IMG/VR virus record: IMGVR_UViG_3300032136_000009
Span: 1 to 42,115 of that record
Reading direction: 5' to 3' (one strand)
Length of the DNA stretch: 42,115 nt
Origin: a virus
Taxonomy: Duplodnaviria; Caudoviricetes
This document shows, in pieces, positions 9,492 to 18,170 of this stretch. Each line of letters begins with the position of its first letter. Positions within the stretch are counted from its first letter, which is position 1. Below the pieces are notes generated by a model. That model ran no database searches, was not told the DNA's origin, and worked only from the letters and a program-made list of their open reading frames with translations. The translations under genes were made by a program, and so were the position numbers.

Positions 9492-10009
9492 TGGTGGTCC
9501 TTGATAAACCCTTGCAGCTGTTCAGGAACCTTCGGAAGACTCTCCGGTAATACACGGATGACATTAGTAGGTCGCGTTAACACGCCTCCGGGGGGTTCCT
9601 CCCACTGCACAGCGAACGTCTTGCCTTCTATCTTCATGTGCAGCTCGCCCTTCTTGCTGCGAGGGAGTAACGGCGCGGAGAAGTTCCAGACCTTGTATCC
9701 GGGTTTGACGCTCGGCGCAACCTCCACACCGTGCTTGAGCATCTGGATGATCACCGTACTCATCTTCTGCAGGTTCTGGGTCCGTTGTCCGCCTTGATCG
9801 TTCATGCTACTAATGGTCACGAGTAGCTTTCGGATCAACGAGGTAGCCTCTTCCACGGTTAAGTCTACGGGGTCTGCTTTGTCGTGGTAGATGCGTATGA
9901 GGTTATTGTAGTCGCCAACCTTCAACGGTTCTGCGGTTATCCGCAACGCGAGATCCTCCGGTGTTGGCTCCGGACTCACCTTCTCGGGACCTTTCGGTTC
10001 CTCTGTCAT
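9488..10009 (-). CDS. Hypothetical protein
   Basis: SD GAGGAGG; in operon after TerL. Confidence 0.75.
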   Translation of the reverse strand: MTEEPKGPEKVSPEPTPEDLALRITAEPLKVGDYNNLIRIYHDKADPVDLTVEEATSLIRKLLVTISSMNDQGGQRTQNLQKMSTVIIQMLKHGVEVAPSVKPGYKVWNFSAPLLPRSKKGELHMKIEGKTFAVQWEEPPGGVLTRPTNVIRVLPESLPKVPEQLQGFIKDHQ

Positions 10010-10021
10010 GAATGTTCCTCC

Positions 10022-12016
10022 TCACAAGGTTAACAACGGGTCCACGTCACTATCTTCGGGGATGTGCCCCCCCAACTCTCCCGCTCCAGCTGCGGAAGGC
10101 TGCATGTCGAGTAACGGTTCTTGGTTCAACGCACAAGCGTAAGCGTAAACCGCTGTATCCAGCCAGTGATTCGCTCGTTGCTGCTTCCAGACCATTACCT
10201 CTTGGCCGCGTACCAACTCCATTAACAGTTTCTCTGAGCTTAACTGCTTAAACAGGTCCTCGCTAGCATCTATGGGCATTGCGAGTACGGGGACCGGTTC
10301 TTTCCGGCCGAACAACTCTAACCTCTTAGTCGCGTATGTGAAGAGCTCCAGCTTAAGCTGGAAGGTGTTCAGTATCGCAGGACGGATCCTGCTACGTACC
10401 ATCTCACCGTTCCAGTTGTAAGTGACAGGCTTGCCCCATTGGAAGGTCTTCGTTGCATTCTGGTAGTCAAGACCTCTTACGGCTCCACCTTTCACTGGAA
10501 CTGCCCTGTCCGGCCAGTTTCTGCAGTACTGATATACTGCCGTAGTCTGCCAGCCACTATCCATCCCAGCCATGCCTATCTGCAAGACAGAACCCTTCTC
10601 TGTAGTGAACCGTTTCTCGAAAAAGAGTTGGTCGAAAATACTCAAGTCCTGCGGAGTGAGCATATCAAGATCACCCACACCTCCCGGACCTAACCGACGC
10701 TTGTACGTGCCATAGTCGAGCAGCCAACCACGAAGGTATCGCTTTCCATCCCTACTCACTGGCTTTGCCCAACCCCAAACACTCCAGTAGAGTAGATGCT
10801 TGTGACTATCCTGCCCTGCCGTAATCAAGGTTACGCCTTCAGGTATCTGCCCCCGTCGGTAGGCTTCTCCGCTTTCATCCTCGGGACCTGTCGGGTGGAT
10901 AACACACTTCTCCCACACCTCCGCGCTGAACTGTTTGAGCGTAGTCTCATAAGGCTCGCCTAAATCTTTGTTGTAGAAGGTACGTAGCTTTGTTTCATCA
11001 TCTCCGCAGGCGAGGAAGTCTTCGACGATGCTCTGTATGCTCTTATGCGGATAGTACAGCTCGTTGAAGTGCATCCCGATCCAAGTCCGCTTGAGCTGCT
11101 CTTCCTTATCAAGTTCAGACTTGAACTTCACATTGCGCAGCATCATTACGCGGTCGCTGTCTAACACCTCCACCTTACAGTGTGGGCAGGCAAGGTAGTA
11201 GTTCTCAGCGTTGGCCTTTGCCTGTTCCTTAGTCACGCCTTTTGGCACATGAAGTTCAAGATGCTCCCAACTGAACCAGAACTCCTTATCACACTGCCTA
11301 CACTTCACGTACCCACGACGCTGATCGGATTCCTTGTAGTACAGCCTCCCCGCTCCACGCGTCTTCACGCTTGGATGCCCAAAGGCTACGATGAGCGTTT
11401 CACCTACGTAGCTGTTGGTGCGTTTACGCGCAAGCTCGATTGGGTCGGAATCATCCAGTACATCTAACAAGCTATCTACCTCATCAATAAACATATATCG
11501 ATAAGGGATAGACTGTAAGTTCAACACACTCCGTCCGCCGAAGATGCTTAAGTACCCATCGGTGAAGACCTTCTCTTGCATCCGCGTTCCGCTCCCCCGC
11601 TGGAGAAGAGCCTTGCGCATGAGTGGTTGGCAGTTACGGATCATTGGGTCGAACCGCATTCGGCCGAACTTCTTTGCCATGTCATCCTTGCTGATTAGGT
11701 AACCTGCCGGACCCGGATGAAACGTTTCGCACCAACCCCACATGTTCTTTACGGCCTGACTGCACCCACCCTGTGCAGCCTTCATGATGACCAGCCCCCT
11801 CCAGTGTCCCATCATCGTTTCTTCAGCGGCGTCTTGAATGGGCGCTAACGTTGGGAATACCTCATTCCTCCACGGTCCGTACTGTTCGGCTTCGGCTTCG
11901 TCCAGCACACGGTACTCTTCTGCCCATTCGCTAGGACTTAGCTGCGGGAGGGGTGTAACGGTGTCCGTGTACGTCTGGACAAGGGTGCTGATCTGTTGCT
12001 GGTCTACAGCTAGAAT
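10022..12016 (-). CDS. Terminase large subunit, lambda GpA family; probable ATT start at 12016 (first canonical start 11908)
   Basis: IMKAAQGGCS (Walker A-like), YMFIDEVD (Walker B), SDQRRGYVKC, ITAGQD, ANHWLDTAVYAYA. The family-typical PQLSPSEWAEEYRVL lies upstream of the GTG at 11908. Confidence 0.92.
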   Translation of the reverse strand: MLAVDQQQISTLVQTYTDTVTPLPQLSPSEWAEEYRVLDEAEAEQYGPWRNEVFPTLAPIQDAAEETMMGHWRGLVIMKAAQGGCSQAVKNMWGWCETFHPGPAGYLISKDDMAKKFGRMRFDPMIRNCQPLMRKALLQRGSGTRMQEKVFTDGYLSIFGGRSVLNLQSIPYRYMFIDEVDSLLDVLDDSDPIELARKRTNSYVGETLIVAFGHPSVKTRGAGRLYYKESDQRRGYVKCRQCDKEFWFSWEHLELHVPKGVTKEQAKANAENYYLACPHCKVEVLDSDRVMMLRNVKFKSELDKEEQLKRTWIGMHFNELYYPHKSIQSIVEDFLACGDDETKLRTFYNKDLGEPYETTLKQFSAEVWEKCVIHPTGPEDESGEAYRRGQIPEGVTLITAGQDSHKHLLYWSVWGWAKPVSRDGKRYLRGWLLDYGTYKRRLGPGGVGDLDMLTPQDLSIFDQLFFEKRFTTEKGSVLQIGMAGMDSGWQTTAVYQYCRNWPDRAVPVKGGAVRGLDYQNATKTFQWGKPVTYNWNGEMVRSRIRPAILNTFQLKLELFTYATKRLELFGRKEPVPVLAMPIDASEDLFKQLSSEKLLMELVRGQEVMVWKQQRANHWLDTAVYAYACALNQEPLLDMQPSAAGAGELGGHIPEDSDVDPLLTL

Positions 12017-12717
12017 GGGAGCACCTCCTCTACTTGCACAACCGGGAATTCGTTCGTCTGGAACCGCTTGCCGTAGATTTCGGCTTCGCTTACTACCTCA
12101 CGAGTCCGTACGCGAAAGAACTCTCGTTGCAGCCCAAGTGTGGTTAGATACCCTAAAGGGTATTCCAACAACGGACCGAACTGTTTCCTGGCTATCCGGT
12201 AGTACCCTACGTACTCGCCGTTTCCGCATCCTCCTTGCCGTCCACGAATATAATACTTCTTTCCGCAACGCTCAATTAGTTTGTCGATGATCTTTAGGTC
12301 TACTAGTATCAGGAACCTAACGTTCGCGGTGGCAGCACGAAGAACGTCGTGTAGTATCGAACCTTGTATGGGCCTTATCCCCTCTCCGTAACCCCAAAGT
12401 GCGTAGCACGTATCGATGAACCTTTCCTTCTTTAAGTAAGCGTACCTCTCGTACTGTCGGCTATGAGTAACAAAACATTCTCGCTTACTCGCCTTACACT
12501 CTACCTGCTTGAAGGGGCTAATAACCACATCTGGGCAGATGTCACTACTCCCATCACAGCTTAGTCGGCACCCCCCAAACAGATTAGCCGTTAGTTCCTC
12601 AAACAATCCACCGATGGTGCTCGTGACTGAGTGTGCATCCTCAACCGTAGCGTCCAGCCAATGCTCCGGAAAGAGTAAGGGTGGAAGGTGCTTCTTCCGT
12701 TTACGGTTGACGCGCAT
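12010..12717 (-). CDS. PD-(D/E)XK restriction-endonuclease-like protein
   Basis: GGLFEE...CPDV...VECKASK pattern. Confidence 0.55.
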   Translation of the reverse strand: MRVNRKRKKHLPPLLFPEHWLDATVEDAHSVTSTIGGLFEELTANLFGGCRLSCDGSSDICPDVVISPFKQVECKASKRECFVTHSRQYERYAYLKKERFIDTCYALWGYGEGIRPIQGSILHDVLRAATANVRFLILVDLKIIDKLIERCGKKYYIRGRQGGCGNGEYVGYYRIARKQFGPLLEYPLGYLTTLGLQREFFRVRTREVVSEAEIYGKRFQTNEFPVVQVEEVLPF

Positions 12718-12731
12718 GCCTAAGCCTCCCG

Positions 12732-13199
12732 TTAGCTGTCAGCGGAGATCACGTTCCACTTCACAGTCCGTATGTAACTCCGGCTCTTGCCGAAGTACCT
12801 CACCCTCTGTGCTCCGTACATAGAACGTTCTCGTAACACATCGACCGTCAGAACGTGTTCTACCTTTGCCTTTAGTAACCATGCTGGGCACTCCCCCATC
12901 TGCATCCGATACATGAATCGTTTGTGACCATCCAGTAGCACGAAGTCCACGAGCGTCCCCGGATAACCCGGAGTCTTAGCTTCGATCCGCGCGTAGAACT
13001 TGGGAAGGATGCGGATGGTCCGTGCCTCCGCTGAGGCAAGCTCTGTAGCTTCTATCAGTAGCAAAGGCTCCTTGATGTTGGAGTAGAACTCTACTGCATT
13101 GAGGTTTCGCGTGTCAATGCTCCACACCTTTCCGTCTGGCCAAACTTGGATAACGCTATGAGGCCTATCCGGATGGGCATACCACTTAGTCTTTCCCAT
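12732..13199 (-). CDS. Hypothetical protein
   Basis: 155 aa, coupled to TerS, same strand. Confidence 0.7.
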   Translation of the reverse strand: MGKTKWYAHPDRPHSVIQVWPDGKVWSIDTRNLNAVEFYSNIKEPLLLIEATELASAEARTIRILPKFYARIEAKTPGYPGTLVDFVLLDGHKRFMYRMQMGECPAWLLKAKVEHVLTVDVLRERSMYGAQRVRYFGKSRSYIRTVKWNVISADS

Positions 13200-14136
13200 G
13201 AGTACGCTTCCCTTTCATCTCCTCGCGTCGTTGCTCTACGCGGTTGATTAACGTGCCGAGTATCTCTGTGCCCTGTTTGCCTTCCAGCGTTTTAATCTCG
13301 TGCATCTGTGCAAACAACCAAGCCCTTATCTTCCGCTTCCGCTCATTACTTTTAACGTCCTCGGCCATCCACACTTCTATCTCCGTGGATAATAGCGCGA
13401 CCAAACGGTTACAGACGTCGTTAAGTCTACGGACGAGTTCTCCAACGACTTCCTGGCACAGATCCAATGGAATCAGCAGACCCCTCCGCTCCTCAATCTG
13501 CATGTACCCCTCTTCGGCTCGTCGCAGCTCTTGCAGCGTTTTACTAATGTCCCCGAGCATGTTTCCACTGACTGCACCTTGCCGAGCCATCTGACTCAAC
13601 CGCAACGTAGAGAGGTTATACGTAGCTCGCGCCTTATCCACAGGGGTCGCGAAAGGATCCGCAAGCACGTCGATGAACGTGACCTCCCCTTTCGAGACGG
13701 CGGTTTGCTGCTCGCTCCCAGCAGCCTCCCCGCTGGAGAGAGATGTTTGCAGGAGCCCACCGGTCTTGCGATTGTGTGCTGCCTTGCGTTGCTCATCGAA
13801 CCATGCGCCCAGTTCGGACAGGTTAAACCGCACGTCCCCCTTACCATCCTTCTTCGCGGGGAATCCTTGTTCCGCGTCCTCCCGGAACCCCCCGTACAGC
13901 CGATTACGTGCCGTCCGATAAGCCGCTCCGTACCGCTTGCGGTACCAGCTGACGGCGTCCTTGATCCCGACCCAGCTGCCGTCCGGCTTGTCGGCCTTTT
14001 TGGAGACCTTGCGCTTGGGCGTCTGTGCTGCCCTTGCAGGCTTGCGGACAGGCTTGCGGGGAGCTGCCGCTTGGGCTGGGGGCTCGCTGGTGCGGTTTTT
14101 GCGTCCCGCAGGGGGTGACTTCACTCGCCGTGCCAT
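13186..14136 (-). CDS. Terminase small subunit (Nu1-like), with basic N-terminal extension
   Basis: Upstream of TerL. wHTH-like GFPAKKDGKGDVRFNLSELGAWF; C-terminal helical ERRGLLIPLD as in Nu1-like TerS. Start taken as MARRVKS (14136); the track extends to 14226. Confidence 0.65.
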   Translation of the reverse strand: MARRVKSPPAGRKNRTSEPPAQAAAPRKPVRKPARAAQTPKRKVSKKADKPDGSWVGIKDAVSWYRKRYGAAYRTARNRLYGGFREDAEQGFPAKKDGKGDVRFNLSELGAWFDEQRKAAHNRKTGGLLQTSLSSGEAAGSEQQTAVSKGEVTFIDVLADPFATPVDKARATYNLSTLRLSQMARQGAVSGNMLGDISKTLQELRRAEEGYMQIEERRGLLIPLDLCQEVVGELVRRLNDVCNRLVALLSTEIEVWMAEDVKSNERKRKIRAWLFAQMHEIKTLEGKQGTEILGTLINRVEQRREEMKGKRTHGKD

Positions 14137-14211
14137 GTGGACCCCCCCAGCGAGCTGCATTTGACGTTCTGCCTCTCTCCCAAATTCCCCGAGACCCCCC
14201 AGACGCTGCGA

Positions 14212-14260
14212 CCTCCCCCCGCGCAATGCGAGGAGGGTGGGGGGGCCATGACAAGGACCC
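14212..14260 (-). other. Candidate cos site: cosQ-identical GGGTCCT, 17-bp spacer, imperfect dyad
   Basis: GGGTCCT at 14260-14254, then 17 nt, then CCTCCTCGCATTGCGCGGGGGGAGG; immediately upstream of TerS as in lambda. Confidence 0.5.
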
Positions 14261-14397
14261 GCGACGAGTCATCGTGGCACAAAAAGGTACAAGAACATGC
14301 AAGTCGTTCCGACACTCTCGGTTCCCTCGGGATGTACCGCAGCATTATCTCACCTGAGAGCTGCGTCATCGGACGACAAATCGTAGTGTACCGCACT

Positions 14398-14631
14398 TCA
14401 GTCCTCCTTGATCCATTCGCACTTGACGAGTCGCATTTCAGTTAGCGATCCTGCGATACAATGGTCCTCCTCCGATTCTTGTCGCCAATGTTCACACCAA
14501 CGGCAAGGACACTTATCAAACCTACCCAGATTAGCGCGAATAATATCCCGCAGTGCATCACACTCTGCTTCTAGTTGTCCTGGTGTCGCGGGATTACGCT
14601 CTGCTGAATCCGCTACGGTTACATCCGCCAT
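14398..14631 (-). CDS. Hypothetical protein (CxCxxC)
   Basis: SD AAGGAG; operon context. Confidence 0.6.
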   Translation of the reverse strand: MADVTVADSAERNPATPGQLEAECDALRDIIRANLGRFDKCPCRWCEHWRQESEEDHCIAGSLTEMRLVKCEWIKED

Positions 14632-14653
14632 CAGTTAGCTCCTTCCTTATCAC

Positions 14654-15145
14654 CTACTCCTTAAACAGAGGAATCCCAACTTCAACGCTCCTCGTTCCGT
14701 CCAACAGTAACCTAACGAGCACATGGGTCGCCTCCTCGGCGTCCTCCACATCCTCATAGCCCTTGGGCCCAAAGCATACCTCTTCAAACTTTAGCCCCTC
14801 TGCTTTGCACAGCTCAGCCTCCACCCCTTCCACACTCCGATGCACCGCACCCCCTTCCCACCAATAACAAACCTCCCCCACTTCAGGCGCACCAACCTCA
14901 TCAAGGTTAGCGCGCAAGGTTAGGCTCTGCGTGTAGATTATGGCGCTGTCCTTAATGCTGTTGCCCAAGTCTTTCTCCAACAGATTGAACACCAGCCTAG
15001 CGTTCGCGTTCTGTCTGATTCGGGTTTTAGTATGCTCATGGGTTTCCATTGCACGCACGAGGATCATCAACCCAATCCCCATAATCAGAATGCAAATCGC
15101 AGCGGCCATCATCAGTTCCACAATCGTAAATCCTTTCGTCCGCAT
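14654..15145 (-). CDS. Type IV prepilin/pseudopilin-like protein (N-terminal cleavage/methylation motif)
   Basis: SD GGAGG then MRTKG|FTIVELMMAAAICILIMGIGLMIL (G-1, F+1, E+5, hydrophobic helix), followed by NARLVFNLLEKDL, like PilW/GspJ-type proteins. Confidence 0.85.
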   Translation of the reverse strand: MRTKGFTIVELMMAAAICILIMGIGLMILVRAMETHEHTKTRIRQNANARLVFNLLEKDLGNSIKDSAIIYTQSLTLRANLDEVGAPEVGEVCYWWEGGAVHRSVEGVEAELCKAEGLKFEEVCFGPKGYEDVEDAEEATHVLVRLLLDGTRSVEVGIPLFKE

Positions 15146-15174
15146 GGTCCTACCCTCCGAAACTGGAAAGAGGT

Positions 15175-15435
15175 TTAGTACGGCTCCCAGTTCAGTTCCT
15201 TCAGCTTGACCCATTTCAAGCTGCCCGTTCCACCCACCTGTGCAAGTCCGACGAAGTCCCGTTTGATCTCGCGGACTTGCGCGTGCTCAAAGGCTCCGGG
15301 TTGGTTCTTAAAGCGCCAGAGGATGTAACTTTCTTTATCGGGTACACCCCGGACCACAGCCCTCAGCGCAGCGACGTCGTTCTCAATCTCCGCTTGAGAG
15401 CGCATTGGTTGCGGTTTGGTATTTAAGCTCTCCAT
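15175..15435 (-). CDS. Hypothetical protein
   Basis: SD AAGGAGG. Confidence 0.65.
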   Translation of the reverse strand: MESLNTKPQPMRSQAEIENDVAALRAVVRGVPDKESYILWRFKNQPGAFEHAQVREIKRDFVGLAQVGGTGSLKWVKLKELNWEPY

Positions 15436-15694
15436 CGGTTCCTCCTTCTAGCCCAAAGTATCGGGCTTGTTCAAACTCGATGAACCCCACAGGTTCTTTC
15501 CCCGCATCCTTGCGTCTACGGTTAAAGATGTAGAACGCTTTACGGTCCTTATCACTCCAATGAACCGGCTCGTTCAGTGCTAGCGTTGCCCGATCCTCCA
15601 AATGCGCAATCGCCCTCTTCCAGCTCTCCTGGGGGAGTTTGCGGAGCATCTTCCACAAGTTCTCCAGCACTAACCCCTCGTTCTGCTCCTTCAT
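15383..15694 (-). CDS. Hypothetical protein
   Basis: SD AAGGAGG; overlaps neighbours. Confidence 0.6.
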   Translation of the reverse strand: MKEQNEGLVLENLWKMLRKLPQESWKRAIAHLEDRATLALNEPVHWSDKDRKAFYIFNRRRKDAGKEPVGFIEFEQARYFGLEGGTDGELKYQTATNALSSGD

Positions 15695-15908
15695 TGGACC
15701 CCTCCTTCCATTCTAAATTAGCCTGCGCCTGCTCAGCGATGCTCCCCCGACTCATACTCTCTACAATCTTCCAACAGGCATACACAAAGCAGACCAACGC
15801 CAAGTACACGCACGCACAACTCACTCCGAACATCAGCCCAAGGCTCACCGCCAGCAAAATAAGCCCCACGCAAGCGGCGACTTTAGCCTGCTTAATGCAG
15901 TCATCCAC
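15552..15908 (-). CDS. Small membrane protein (two TM helices)
   Basis: SD GAGGAGG; hydrophobic VAACVGLILLAVSLGLMFGV and ACVYLALVCFVYACW. Confidence 0.6.
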   Translation of the reverse strand: MDDCIKQAKVAACVGLILLAVSLGLMFGVSCACVYLALVCFVYACWKIVESMSRGSIAEQAQANLEWKEGSNEGAERGVSAGELVEDAPQTPPGELEEGDCAFGGSGNASTERAGSLE

Positions 15909-16197
15909 GTTTGGCTATCCTCCTCTTACTAACACGTCGGACTACCTTTCGTTTCTTCACCACCCTAGACTTAGGCTCAGAACGCTCAGCATGCTCGGAC
16001 CCAAAACGCGCTGCATACGCCCTCACCTGCTCCGCCAACTCGACCACCCACCATTGCCCCTCATGGTAGTAATAAGCGTACTTCGGCAGCACAGGAATGC
16101 TCTCTCCGGGCTGCTCCACACGTATCCGCTGAAGCCGATGCATGTGCAGCGTAACGACTAACGTGTCCTGCTCGTCTTCCTTAAGATGATATGCCAT
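15901..16197 (-). CDS. Hypothetical protein with K/R/V-rich C-terminus
   Basis: SD GGAGG before MAYHLKE; ends VVKKRKVVRRVSKRRIAKRG. Confidence 0.65.
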   Translation of the reverse strand: MAYHLKEDEQDTLVVTLHMHRLQRIRVEQPGESIPVLPKYAYYYHEGQWWVVELAEQVRAYAARFGSEHAERSEPKSRVVKKRKVVRRVSKRRIAKRG

Positions 16198-16501
16198 TAG
16201 GCAGGACCTCCGTGTCTCCAAAGCGCATGGACCTAATCTCCGTCCCAACGGGCATGGAAGGATCTGTGCTTTGTACAACCCTATGCATTCCGTCCACCGT
16301 TTCGATGCAGACGGTCCGCATAACCAACATTTCCTCCTTCTGGGTCCAATCCGGATCTAAATGCTTGAACGTGGTTAGTCTTACAGGGAGGACCGCTCGT
16401 AGCCTACCCGCTACCGAAACACGAAGTAAAGAATCGTCTGCACCCTCAATGCCTGCGAAAGGCACACAGGCGACAAGCTGGAAGAAGGTTCTACGGTTCA
16501 T
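16181..16501 (-). CDS. Hypothetical protein with twin-arginine-like N-terminus
   Basis: SD AAAGGAGG; MNRRTFFQLVACVPFAG. Confidence 0.6.
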   Translation of the reverse strand: MNRRTFFQLVACVPFAGIEGADDSLLRVSVAGRLRAVLPVRLTTFKHLDPDWTQKEEMLVMRTVCIETVDGMHRVVQSTDPSMPVGTEIRSMRFGDTEVLPNGISS

Positions 16502-16530
16502 TATTCCTCCTTTGTGGTAATAGGCTCGCT

Positions 16531-16824
16531 CTAATGCTGCCGTAGTTCGCCTAAGGTCTTCAGACAGTCGAACTTCTCTGCTTGGACTAACTTGAGTTCG
16601 CCTTCAAGCTTCTGCCGTGCCGCTTGTTCAGTGGCTAATGCTGCATCACGAGCCTCTAGTTCCGCACGGAGCGTGCTAATCTCAGCTTGTAGCTTGCGGC
16701 TCTGTCCTTGCAGAGCGGGTCCACGTAGCTTGGCTTTGAAACGTTTTGCCTTCTCGCGGAACTCGTTACGCTCCTTTGTTAGAGCCTTGAGCTGTTGCTT
16801 GAGCTTAAAGGTAGTGCTGTCCAT
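16531..16824 (-). CDS. Coiled-coil protein
   Basis: Heptad-like Leu/Lys/Glu-rich sequence. Confidence 0.65.
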   Translation of the reverse strand: MDSTTFKLKQQLKALTKERNEFREKAKRFKAKLRGPALQGQSRKLQAEISTLRAELEARDAALATEQAARQKLEGELKLVQAEKFDCLKTLGELRQH

Positions 16825-16825
16825 G

Positions 16826-17545
16826 CTACTTTCTCCTCACCTTTCGGACCACTCGTCTGACTGTGTCGTCTACTGCCTTGGCTACACGCAAAGCGGCTTG
16901 GACCCAGTCATTGTCTTGGAGCCATCGACCGTCTGTGTTCAACGGCATAATGAACCCTACGGACTGTTGACCAGTCTCGTAGTTCTGGCAACGGAGCACT
17001 AACCCGTCTAGTTCTCCACCGAACTCGATGAACAAGGGAGTCTCACCAGGATCAGGGCAGGCTTGGTCCATTGCGTCCAACAGCTGCATGAGATCCCGAC
17101 GGTTAATGCACAAGCGGCCAGCGGTCGCCTTACTTCGCGCTTGGCGGAGGATGGTCTTCCACTGCGGAAACTCCTCTTTCACTGGTGCGCTTGCAACGCG
17201 TTGTTCCTTGCGTAGGTCAACAGTCGTAAACTCCACCTTACGCGTACCGCAAGCCGTCATGGCAACGTGCTGAAGGCTTGTACGCTTGTCACGCGGAAGG
17301 TTCTTGATCGCTTGCTGAATGGTCTCCAGCTCAACGCTCACGCCTTCCGCAAAAGGTTCAGACTGTTCACCATCAAAGGGGACGTGCACATTACTCTCAT
17401 CCACAGGACTGACGATCATAACGCACTTACCGTTACTGGCTACGGTCGCACCGTCGCCCGTGAAGTGCACACAGTTGAGTGCAGGATCACGGGCGTCGGT
17501 GCTCGCAACCTTAGTAACGGCTAAGTTAGCTCGACTGAAGAGCAT
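16826..17545 (-). CDS. DNA polymerase III beta-clamp-like protein
   Basis: ASTDARDPALNCVHF...VASNGKCV and EEFPQWKTIL resemble the beta-clamp central-domain pattern. Confidence 0.6.
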   Translation of the reverse strand: MLFSRANLAVTKVASTDARDPALNCVHFTGDGATVASNGKCVMIVSPVDESNVHVPFDGEQSEPFAEGVSVELETIQQAIKNLPRDKRTSLQHVAMTACGTRKVEFTTVDLRKEQRVASAPVKEEFPQWKTILRQARSKATAGRLCINRRDLMQLLDAMDQACPDPGETPLFIEFGGELDGLVLRCQNYETGQQSVGFIMPLNTDGRWLQDNDWVQAALRVAKAVDDTVRRVVRKVRRK

Positions 17546-17554
17546 AACGGTAGC

Positions 17555-17860
17555 CTAGCCTCCTTTCTTCTTTTTCTTGGCGGTTTTCTTGGGCGCAGGC
17601 TTGGGCGCAGGCTTGGGCGCAGGCTCCTCGGTAGCACACATCCTTTTCTGCACTTCCTCGGGTTGCGCCTCGATTGGGAGCAGCTCCACGCCAGTTTTCT
17701 TGACGAAGTAGTGCGCTCCACATGCAAAGCACTTCGCTACGCCGAAGTTCGTCGTCCAACGCATGCTCATTTCGGGTGCTTTGCACACAGCACACCCAAC
17801 CACCACGACTGGTCCTTGTGCCTCCGGTTCCAGCTTCTCTTCCTTACTTTGGTCTGGCAT
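17555..17860 (-). CDS. Zn-ribbon protein with PAPK repeats and Lys tail
   Basis: CAVC...CFAC; ends PAPKPAPKPAPKKTAKKKKKGG. Confidence 0.7.
   Translation of the reverse strand: MPDQSKEEKLEPEAQGPVVVVGCAVCKAPEMSMRWTTNFGVAKCFACGAHYFVKKTGVELLPIEAQPEEVQKRMCATEEPAPKPAPKPAPKKTAKKKKKGG
17588..17623. repeat. 12-bp tandem repeat x3 encoding PAPK
   Basis: cttgggcgcagg x3. Confidence 0.85.
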
Positions 17861-17876
17861 CCTCGTTCTCCTTGCC

Positions 17877-18152
17877 CTAACGGGTCAACCTACGGAAACT
17901 CCGCACTTCCCTTACGTCGTACTCGGACCTCCACCGGTCCACACAAGCATCAACCTTATCTGGCGCAAAATGTAAGAACAAACTAAATCGTCCTTTGCTC
18001 ACCCTCACATCTGTAGTGCTGTCCAGTTCAGGGAACAGGAGCTCTAGCATGCTGAGTGCACCTGTTGGTCCTGCGATCAGCAGACCCTCAGGATCCACCC
18101 GCACACCAACAGCTCTTCCGCTAGCCTCGCGGATGATGTATTTCTTGCGCAT
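17877..18152 (-). CDS. Hypothetical protein
   Basis: ATG (MRKKYII) after purine-rich GAAGGGAAGGAAGG. Confidence 0.6.
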   Translation of the reverse strand: MRKKYIIREASGRAVGVRVDPEGLLIAGPTGALSMLELLFPELDSTTDVRVSKGRFSLFLHFAPDKVDACVDRWRSEYDVREVRSFRRLTR

Positions 18153-18170
18153 CCTTCCTTCCCTTCCTTC

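Noticed and set aside
16450-16501. Tat export signal in MNRRTFFQLVACVPFAG
   Set aside because: The twin-arginine motif is present but the hydrophobic region is short, so export cannot be supported.
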